From positions 5,310,001 to 5,342,000 of the forward strand of contig NZ_CP074694.1 of NCBI RefSeq assembly GCF_018398935.1: a stretch of DNA of 32,000 nucleotides. Direction: 5' to 3'. This stretch comes from Telmatocola sphagniphila. Its GTDB lineage: Bacteria > Planctomycetota > Planctomycetia > Gemmatales > Gemmataceae. The position numbers and the translations under genes are program-made. The notes below the pieces were generated by a model, which saw only the letters and a program-made list of their open reading frames with translations, was not told where the DNA came from and did no database searches. This document shows positions 25,536-32,000 of the stretch, piece by piece (position 1 is the first letter of the stretch; each line of letters starts with the position of its first letter).

Positions 25536-28049
25536 CTACTGCTTGAATTGCTTCAGTAGCATCTGGGCCTGGAGATGTTTCGGGTCCTGTTGCAACGCGC
25601 GTTTTAAGCTGGCGATAGCCTCGGGACGTTTGTCTTGCAGTAAATAGTTCAGAGCCCGGCGATATTCGACATCCGCCAGCGGTATCCGACCCCCATCTTG
25701 CGCCCGATCCAGTTCGGTTGCGGCTTCCGCCCAGCGCGACTGCTGCTGGTAAACGGAAGCTTTCCCCAAATGGGCAGCCACCAGATAGGGATCGAGCATC
25801 AGCGCCTTTTCGAAATCGGCATTCGCGGAATCGAAGCGATGGGCGGCCAGATACGCGAGTCCCCGGTTGTAACGGCACCAGCCCTCCTCAGGAGCTAAGG
25901 CCACACAGGTGGAATAGGCGGCGATGGCCTCGGCGGTCTGATCCATCTTGAGGTAGCAGTTACCCAGATAGAAATTGGCCCAGACGGAATTCGGATCAAT
26001 GCTGAGGCTCTGGTTAAGATCCTGAACCGCCTGAGGATAATCCTCGAGTTCCAGGAGCGCTTTCCCGGAGTAAAGGTAACTCCAGGCACTGCGGATCGAT
26101 TTCCCGGCCGCCTTGGCTAACATTTCTTCGGCCTCGGCATCGCGATTGAGGGCTTTCAGGTGCCGCACCTGCTGCAGCAGCAACCCCCGGGAAGAACCGA
26201 GGAGTTGCGAAGCCTCTTCCAGAATCTGCAGCGACTGCTGGTGAGCCTGCGGGCGAGTTTCAAGAGTCGACAGACTTTCAGAGAGTTCGGAGCAGAGTAG
26301 CGCCAGGTCCAGAAAATCGCGATCGCGCGTTTCTTCCATCTTTCGAGTAGGAAGCCGATTCAGCTTGGCATAAAAATTCTGCCGGTCGTACCAGAGCATC
26401 TGACAGGTCTGCAGCACTTGGCGAAGCTGTTCGGGATTATTTTGCTCTGTGGCCAATAGCGGCCGGGATTTGCTGATGAAATCGTGCAATTCCTTGGCGG
26501 CTTGGCCCTTTTCCGCCCGGTGTCGCGATTCGAGCAGTTCGTTTCGCATTTTCAAATTAAAAGGTATTCGACCGGCCAGTCGTTCGGCGATGCGAAAAGT
26601 TTCCACCGCTTCGGAATATTTTTCGTTATCCATCAGCCGCAGGGCATCGCGCCGAGTGGCGTTGATATCGCCTTCGATTCTTTGAATTGAAAGCCAGACC
26701 GCCAGGCTGATGCAGCCCAGAGCGAGTGTGATGAGAACGAGCGGGAAGGCATAAGGCCGGCGTTTGCGCCACTTCGACCACCGTTCCATCAGGCTGCGAT
26801 TGCTCACCCCTTTCAAGGGAAGGTTCGTGAGTTGCCTGCGCAAGTCATTGGCCAGTTCACCGGCACTATCGTAGCGTCTTGACGCATCTTTTTCCGTGCA
26901 GCGATCGAGGATATCGTTCAGGCCAACGGGAATGTTGACGGCGGAGTTCCCTTTTTGCAGCGAAAGCAGTTCCCGCAGCAGAATGCCCAGCGAATAAATA
27001 TCAGCCCGGCCATCAACATCGGCTGGCATGTTCAGCCCGCGTTGGGCCGCTTTCAGAGCGGCTTCGTGCTCCGGAGCCATAAAGCCTGGCGTTCCGCCCA
27101 GATGTGGCGGGGCGGTCTGGCCCGATTTCAACGGGCCGCGAGCCAGATGAAAATCGAGGAGCATCGGCACACCGTCGGAGGCGATCAGCACATTCGACGC
27201 CTTGATGTCGAAGTGGATCAGGTTGCGCACATGGGCATATTGCAGAGCGTCGGCCAGATTCGCACCGATCCAGCAGATGGCTTCCGGGATATTGGCCTGA
27301 TCCAGAAAGTGAGCAGTCGAGCCGGGAGAGCTATAGATAGTCTCCTCTTCCGTTTGCGCTTGCCGCAGCCATTTGCCGAACTCCCCCAGCCGGGAAGTGC
27401 CGACATTCGATTCGGGTTTGGCCAGTATTTTTGCGAGAGTGGTGCTGCCGAAGTAGGGCATGCACAGGGCCCGCTGGCCGCGTTCCGGCAGTTCGTGCAC
27501 CGAATAGAGCGGCACAATATGAGTGTGCTGCAACCGGGCCAGGGACAGATGTTCGCCCCCCAGGGCGGGACCAATTTTCAGGACCACGGGCCGGCCAGCC
27601 AGTTCTGGCTGAGTGGCCAGATAGACCCGGCCATGGGCGCCGCGGCCCAGCTCTTGAATCAACTGAAAATTCCCGATATGCGCCCCGGGCAATTGGAAAT
27701 CGGCGGAATCCCAGTGCGGTTCGAGCATTCGCTGGCACTCGCGCAGTGTGCGCACCTGCGAAATCCATTTGGGGAAGCGATTTTCCAGCTCAAGGGTGGC
27801 GGTCGGGACGCGAAATTCTTCGCGCAGGGCGAGTTCCTCGGCGATCAACTCCAGGGCGGCCTCGGGGCTTTCCCATAATTCCGGCCGCTGATTCAAATAG
27901 TGGTCCGCTCCCGGCCGTTCGCCGCGATGCCAGGCGGTAATCATCTCTTCGGCCAGGGATTCAATCAACTGATCTTGAGCGGTAGGGGAGGTGGTGAAGC
28001 TGCTGGGTGGATCCGGGCGGCGGGGCGGTGTGGTGACGGACGATGTCAT
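25536..28049 (-). CDS. serine/threonine protein kinase (atypical HFD/DFH motifs) with TM helix and TPR repeats
   Basis: LGRGAHGRVYLA, VVLKI, LIHFDIKASNVLI, LLDFHLAR and GGTPGFMAPE. TM helix PLVLITLALGCISLAVWLSI. C-terminal TPR repeats (AVQDLNQSLSIDPN, WANFYLGNCYLKMDQTAEAIAAYSTCVALAP, HRFDSANADFEKALMLDP). The ATG overlaps the sigma-factor stop (ATGA at 28046-28049). Confidence 0.9.
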   Translation of the reverse strand: MTSSVTTPPRRPDPPSSFTTSPTAQDQLIESLAEEMITAWHRGERPGADHYLNQRPELWESPEAALELIAEELALREEFRVPTATLELENRFPKWISQVRTLRECQRMLEPHWDSADFQLPGAHIGNFQLIQELGRGAHGRVYLATQPELAGRPVVLKIGPALGGEHLSLARLQHTHIVPLYSVHELPERGQRALCMPYFGSTTLAKILAKPESNVGTSRLGEFGKWLRQAQTEEETIYSSPGSTAHFLDQANIPEAICWIGANLADALQYAHVRNLIHFDIKASNVLIASDGVPMLLDFHLARGPLKSGQTAPPHLGGTPGFMAPEHEAALKAAQRGLNMPADVDGRADIYSLGILLRELLSLQKGNSAVNIPVGLNDILDRCTEKDASRRYDSAGELANDLRRQLTNLPLKGVSNRSLMERWSKWRKRRPYAFPLVLITLALGCISLAVWLSIQRIEGDINATRRDALRLMDNEKYSEAVETFRIAERLAGRIPFNLKMRNELLESRHRAEKGQAAKELHDFISKSRPLLATEQNNPEQLRQVLQTCQMLWYDRQNFYAKLNRLPTRKMEETRDRDFLDLALLCSELSESLSTLETRPQAHQQSLQILEEASQLLGSSRGLLLQQVRHLKALNRDAEAEEMLAKAAGKSIRSAWSYLYSGKALLELEDYPQAVQDLNQSLSIDPNSVWANFYLGNCYLKMDQTAEAIAAYSTCVALAPEEGWCRYNRGLAYLAAHRFDSANADFEKALMLDPYLVAAHLGKASVYQQQSRWAEAATELDRAQDGGRIPLADVEYRRALNYLLQDKRPEAIASLKRALQQDPKHLQAQMLLKQFKQ

Positions 28050-28651
28050 GCGGGAAATCCTTCGCTCTCCTCGCCCGGCGGTTCATTCAGCGGCTCCTCG
28101 CTCAAGGCGATCTGTCGGGCCAGCCGGCGTAGAATCCGGCGGACACTTCCTTCGTGCAGCCCGATTTTCTCAGCGATTTCCGATAGGGCCAGTCCCTGAC
28201 GGCGATACTGGAGAATCGGATGATATTCGCTCGGGCACAGACGCAGCATTTTTTCCCAAAGATCATCCGCCTGAATCATCTGGCTGGGGGTGTCGAGATG
28301 TTGTTCCTCGAGCGATTCCCAGGAAGTGATGCTGCTGTCCTTATTGGAAGCGGCGCGGTAGTGCTTGCGATAGCGGTCGATTAAACGCCGGCGGGTGATG
28401 GTGGCCAAAAGAGCCCGCCATTGATCTTCGCCCTGGACGCGCCAGCCATCCCGGCCCAACTGACGGACCACCTGAACCCAGACGGATTGAATGATGTCGG
28501 TCGAATCGAATTGAGTGCGCAACTGATGCGAGAGCTGCCGACGGACTATGGCGCGTATATAGGGAGTATAGAGTTCAAACAGGGTTTCCACCGCGGCCGG
28601 TTCACCGCCATGGAAGCGCTGCCGCAGATCATCCGAAAGCATTGGCCGCAT
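28046..28651 (-). CDS. ECF-type RNA polymerase sigma factor (sigma-70 regions 2 and 4)
   Basis: Region 2-like: LFELYTPYIRAIVRRQL...STDIIQSVWVQVV. Region 4 HTH: ILQYRRQGLALSEIAEKIGLHEGSVRRILRRLARQI. It is translationally coupled to the downstream kinase. Confidence 0.85.
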   Translation of the reverse strand: MRPMLSDDLRQRFHGGEPAAVETLFELYTPYIRAIVRRQLSHQLRTQFDSTDIIQSVWVQVVRQLGRDGWRVQGEDQWRALLATITRRRLIDRYRKHYRAASNKDSSITSWESLEEQHLDTPSQMIQADDLWEKMLRLCPSEYHPILQYRRQGLALSEIAEKIGLHEGSVRRILRRLARQIALSEEPLNEPPGEESEGFPA

Positions 28652-28653
28652 CT

Positions 28654-29682
28654 CTACCGGGCGATCAGAAACTCGGTGCCGGGCATTAAGCAGTCCACGG
28701 TCCGTCGCGAAGTATGGGACTTATAAGTATACGCGACCCCGCCCGCTCCAAGAAAGGCCGAGGCCAGCCACAAGTAATGATCCCAGGCGTTTTCCTGAGA
28801 TTCACTCAAATCCAAGCCTGAAAATTGCTGCAACAATCGACGGGCACTCTCTTCCAGATCGTTGAGATCGATGGAAATCAGTCCCTCGAGAGGTTTGCTT
28901 TGCGGTTTCTCCGCCGTAATGGTCTGATTCTCCAGACGCCCATTCGGAAGAATATTTTCGGACGGAGACTCCGGCTTCATATCCTTGGATTCCGGGTACT
29001 CGACGGCATTGCTCATCGATGGAATGCCGCCCGCCCGTTCGGATTCGATTCTCGAAGTGCCCGCCCGGCCGGGTACATCCACGATCAGATCTGATCGGTT
29101 ACTAGAACCGTTATGGGAATCTGCCGGGGAAAGCAGGTGATTGAGGGGGTCCGTGGTCAACCCGGTCAGTCGGCTGCCATTAAATTCCAGCGGTTCTTTC
29201 AGCGATATTGCCACATCGGCGAGCGGCGTGGTGTTGATTCGGCTCGTCACTGAAGTCGCAATGCGCACGAAGTGCGGGGAAGGGGCGCTGCCCGGTTCCA
29301 AACCCAGTGTCGAATTGAATATAGACGAGTTAACCGGTGCCGAATTGAGCGGCAGAGCGAGATCTGGGGCCGTCTGGGGAGCCAAGTTGATCTGTGCCGA
29401 CGAGGGACTCATCGACCATCCTTGCCAGCCTTTCAGGCTCGGGTCAGCGCCGGGATCAAAAGCTCTCGCGCGATCGTCTGGTGCGAAAAACGATTGGGGA
29501 TTGGTATATGTGTGATCGAGGACCGAAAAGTTTGCGGCTACGCGATCGGCGAAATGAGAATCAAAATCGTTTCCAGGAAAACCGGGCAAGACCATTCCGC
29601 CGGTTGGCACGATTCGAGATTCGATAGACTCTGGACCGCGAACTTTATGGGTAGGGGAAGCCATAACGTAATAATCCAACAC
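28654..29682 (-). CDS. hypothetical S/P/N-rich protein with a single C-terminal TM helix (tail-anchored topology)
   Basis: 342-aa ORF (alternative start at 29664, MASPTHK). The composition is low-complexity and disordered, with no signal peptide. The only hydrophobic segment is HYLWLASAFLGAGGVAYTY, about 25 aa from the C-terminus. The stop codon TAG (28654-28656) lies 2 nt before the sigma-factor ATG. Confidence 0.55.
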   Translation of the reverse strand: MLDYYVMASPTHKVRGPESIESRIVPTGGMVLPGFPGNDFDSHFADRVAANFSVLDHTYTNPQSFFAPDDRARAFDPGADPSLKGWQGWSMSPSSAQINLAPQTAPDLALPLNSAPVNSSIFNSTLGLEPGSAPSPHFVRIATSVTSRINTTPLADVAISLKEPLEFNGSRLTGLTTDPLNHLLSPADSHNGSSNRSDLIVDVPGRAGTSRIESERAGGIPSMSNAVEYPESKDMKPESPSENILPNGRLENQTITAEKPQSKPLEGLISIDLNDLEESARRLLQQFSGLDLSESQENAWDHYLWLASAFLGAGGVAYTYKSHTSRRTVDCLMPGTEFLIAR

Positions 29683-29736
29683 AAAGAAGACCGTAGTTAT
29701 AGAGTACCCGAAAGTTACTCTTACTGCCCAATATAA

Positions 29737-29765
29737 ATTTTAGAATAGAAAAAATTTTTTAAGAA
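29737..29765 (-). promoter_or_regulatory. candidate sigma-70-type promoter for the hypothetical-sigma-kinase operon
   Basis: The minus strand reads TTCTTA, then 17 nt, then TAAAAT (plus-strand 29760-29765 and 29737-29742). It sits within an A6T6 tract (29749-29760) in a very AT-rich patch, about 55 nt upstream of the 29682 start. This is a motif match only. Confidence 0.2.
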
Positions 29766-29970
29766 ATCTTACGGACTGAATGCTTCTTTTTTGCGCCCGC
29801 TTGGCCATCACCCCGTCGACTATTCCTGTAGGAGCCAGATTCGAGTGGTGATCTGAATTCGGCCGTTCGGGCCGAGACAAACCGCTCATCAGGGATGGAT
29901 CGTCTTTTCAGGCTCTCGACTCTTTTTTCAAAAAATTCCGGGCATTTTGCCTTAACGAAGGAGCATGCGC

Positions 29971-31125
29971 ATGTTTTTGGAACGGTGGCTTCGTCTCTAT
30001 TCCCAGGCTTTACGCATTCGAAAGAAGAAAGCTCTCCAGAACCCTAAAAAGCCCGAATCAAAAACGCTTCTAAAACTCCAGGCCCTCGATGATCGAATCG
30101 TTCCAAATGCCTCTCGATTAATAGGTATTTATCCCGACATTCGCGATCTGATTGGTAGCTACTCTTCCTCTACAACCGCCAATTCCGTGGTCACTCACTT
30201 TGCCGTCATCACCTCGCCGCAGACCACGGCGGGGGCCGCGCGCGAGGTGGAAATCATTGCCCTCAATGCGAATAACCGGCCGGTTTCCAACTATACGGGA
30301 ACGGTTCAAATCACCAGTTCCGATAGCGCTGCCGTGCTGCCCGCCACTTACACCTTCACCGCGGCGGACCATGGCCGGCACGAATTCAGCGTCATTCTCA
30401 ATAGCACCGGTAGCGAAACCATCACGGCCACCGACACAAGTACCTCCACCCTCTCGGGAAGTACCTCAGTGACTGTGAACCCGGCTCTGGTGGCTACCCA
30501 TTTTGCTCTGCTGACGCAGAAGAATGTCTACAGCGGGGCGATTGAATCGGTCACCGTGGTGGCACTCGACGCCAGCAACCGAGTGGTACCCAACTATACC
30601 GGGACGATCCAGTTCAGCACAGCCGCGACGGGTGTCACTTTACCGGCCAATTATACCTTCACTTCCGCCGATCAAGGTGTCCATACGTTCCAGATTACTT
30701 CTACCACCATCGGCAGCGAGACCCTCACGGCCACCGATACCGCCAGCCCCAGTATCACGGGGTCGGTTACGGTCAATGTGAAAGCCGATCTGGTGGCAAC
30801 GCACTTCGCACTGATCCAACTGCCCAGCGCCTACGGCAGTACCACCGCGCAATATCTAGTGGTCGCTCTGGATGCGAATAATCGGGTGGTACCAACTTAC
30901 ACGGGTACCATCCACTTCACCAGCACCGATAGTGGGGCGACTTTACCGGCGGACTACACATTTACGCTGGCCGATGGCGGTTCGCATGTGTTTAGCGTGA
31001 CTTACTCTTCAGCGGCTACCAAGTCCACGACAGTGACGGTCATCGATACGACGAACTCTTCCCTTACGGGAAGCTCTACCAACTCGCATCGTAGAGATAA
31101 CTTCGTCTTCAACTTCGGCTGGTAA
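29971..31125 (+). CDS. protein with three tandem ~101-aa Ig-like (beta-sandwich) repeats
   Basis: The track start is 29965, but GAAGGAG (29957-29963) is spaced 7 nt from ATG 29971 and only 1 nt from 29965. There are three repeats of the pattern VATHFA-[x]-ALDA(N)NRVVPxYTGT(I/V)xFxS...LPAxYTFTxAD(Q/G)GxHxF...GSETxTATDT...(L/I)(S/T)GS. The N-terminus has LKLQALDDRIVP and no classical hydrophobic signal peptide. Confidence 0.75.
   Translation: MFLERWLRLYSQALRIRKKKALQNPKKPESKTLLKLQALDDRIVPNASRLIGIYPDIRDLIGSYSSSTTANSVVTHFAVITSPQTTAGAAREVEIIALNANNRPVSNYTGTVQITSSDSAAVLPATYTFTAADHGRHEFSVILNSTGSETITATDTSTSTLSGSTSVTVNPALVATHFALLTQKNVYSGAIESVTVVALDASNRVVPNYTGTIQFSTAATGVTLPANYTFTSADQGVHTFQITSTTIGSETLTATDTASPSITGSVTVNVKADLVATHFALIQLPSAYGSTTAQYLVVALDANNRVVPTYTGTIHFTSTDSGATLPADYTFTLADGGSHVFSVTYSSAATKSTTVTVIDTTNSSLTGSSTNSHRRDNFVFNFGW
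30187..31080 (+). repeat. 303-bp-period tandem coding repeat (3 units)
   Basis: The THF landmark falls at aa 77, 178 and 279 of the track ORF, a period of 101 aa or 303 nt. The units are diverged at the DNA level but colinear at the protein level. Confidence 0.8.
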
Positions 31126-31291
31126 GGAACTTTCCGCGACTCGCACTTTGTAAGAGATTGAGGATCGTTTTTGGCGATCCTGCCATCGAATCCATTTCCG
31201 AAAAGGTTACTTGGCGTCGGCAACCCGCGCCCAGTTTTTCGGACGTGCGTTCACTTCCCAACATCTCAGGCGGGTTGCGAGGATTTTTCAG

Positions 31292-31783
31292 ATGAACTAT
31301 TTTTCGATTCCGAAGGCACTGATCGCTTTCGCACTTCTGGCGGGATTCGCCGGGGAAGCTTCCGCTCAAGGCCGCGGCGGGCAACGGGGAGGCGGAGCAG
31401 TTCGATCCACTGCCGCGAGTGGCAATTCCTCGCAGTCGTCGAACTCGACGAATTCCACCGCGACGGGAAAATGCACGGGCAACAAACCATCCACCTCGAC
31501 AACCGGTACCACCAGTACTGGCACGAGTACTACCGCCCGAACCAGCACGGCGACATCCTCGAACACAACCGTCAATAAGGCACTTTTAAGCCAGCAGCTC
31601 ACGGCTCTGCAACAGACGGTGGTTCGGTTGCAGACGCAACAGGCCAACATTCAGGCCAAGGAAGCGAATCTCAGCGGCGAGCAGTTAACGATCGCTCAGA
31701 CACAGCTGTCAAATATCAGTACGCGCCTCACGGCCTTGCAGACGCGAATCGCACAGCTGCAGGCAAAGATTTCCAGTTCTTGA
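31292..31783 (+). CDS. secreted Ser/Thr-rich protein with C-terminal coiled coil
   Basis: The track ORF is 31211..31783. I prefer the internal start MNYFSIPKALIAFALLAGFAGEASA|Q at 31292, which gives a signal peptide. The order is a G/R patch, an S/T/N-rich low-complexity block, then a Q/L heptad-like region (LTALQQTVVRLQTQQANIQAKEANL...LTALQTRIAQLQAKI). Confidence 0.6.
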   Translation: MNYFSIPKALIAFALLAGFAGEASAQGRGGQRGGGAVRSTAASGNSSQSSNSTNSTATGKCTGNKPSTSTTGTTSTGTSTTARTSTATSSNTTVNKALLSQQLTALQQTVVRLQTQQANIQAKEANLSGEQLTIAQTQLSNISTRLTALQTRIAQLQAKISSS

Positions 31784-31797
31784 GGAGGCAAAAAAGA

Positions 31798-31831
31798 GGG
31801 GGGAATCGAACTGATCCAGTCGATTCCCCCC
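31798..31831. terminator. bidirectional rho-independent terminator between convergent genes
   Basis: GGGGGGAATCGA (31798-31809) pairs with TCGATTCCCCCC (31820-31831) around a 10-nt loop. The plus strand follows with TTAAGATTTTT and the minus strand with TCTTTTTTG. Confidence 0.8.
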
Positions 31832-31860
31832 TTAAGATTTTTCTGTGAGTAGCCGGTCGA

Positions 31861-32000
31861 TTAGCCGACTACAGCCAGGATGTCGTCTTCGGTCATGATC
31901 AGGTAATCTTTACCGTCGACATTCACTTCGCTGCCGGCGTAGCTGGTGAACAGAACCTTGTCGCCCTTCTTCACCTGGAAAACGGCTCGCTTGCCACTGT
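31861..32000 (-). CDS. groES: co-chaperonin GroES (C-terminal 46 codons; 5' end beyond the window)
   Basis: This ORF is not in the track because it is under 60 aa inside the window. My own minus-strand translation reads ...[45 protein letters not shown], which matches the conserved GroES C-terminus (VKVGDKVLF.KYAGTEV..DG.EYLI..E.DILAVV). Confidence 0.85.
   Translation of the reverse strand, partial: SGKRAVFQVKKGDKVLFTSYAGSEVNVDGKDYLIMTEDDILAVVG

Noticed and set aside
29878-29904. ECF-like promoter motif CAAACC-N17-CGTC upstream of the Ig-repeat gene. It would link that gene to the divergent ECF sigma.
   Set aside because: The -35 is not a clean GGAAC/TGAAAC. The AAC-to-CGT spacing is 18 nt, against the usual 16-17. 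Motifs this short occur by chance. It is kept only as a hypothesis to test with TSS mapping.

Overview
On gene content this 32-kb chromosomal window looks like Planctomycetota, probably Gemmataceae-like. It carries two DUF1559 proteins with prepilin-type N-termini, a PSCyt1-DUF1549-DUF1553 (PSD1) plus DUF1501 gene pair, and a TIGR02996 'Gemmata' domain protein. It also has three Hanks-type Ser/Thr kinases (two with a TM helix and TPR repeats) and an ECF sigma factor. Housekeeping genes are interspersed: plant/chlamydia-type FabI, glycosylasparaginase, a YbgC-type thioesterase, an aldo/keto reductase, a class IV aminotransferase, a TolC-like lipoprotein, a COG1821-like ATP-grasp enzyme and the 3' end of groES. 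I call about 27 CDS including one pseudogene. I saw no rRNA, tRNA, CRISPR array, transposase or integrase. Most ORF-track entries are antisense shadows of the real genes. Things worth a second look: (1) a low-GC array of three immunity-protein-like cassettes at the left edge, the third broken by two single-base homopolymer frameshifts; (2) a tightly coupled operon of a tail-anchored disordered protein, an ECF sigma and an atypical Ser/Thr kinase, divergent from two unusual secreted proteins; (3) a thiol-dioxygenase cupin fused to an FAD/NAD(P)-binding domain; (4) a 617-bp AT-rich non-coding gap with nested palindromes; (5) an inverted repeat that could sequester a kinase start codon; (6) a nitrile-hydratase-leader-like (NHLP-like) extension on the class IV aminotransferase. 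All family assignments come from motif recognition by eye. No searches were run.
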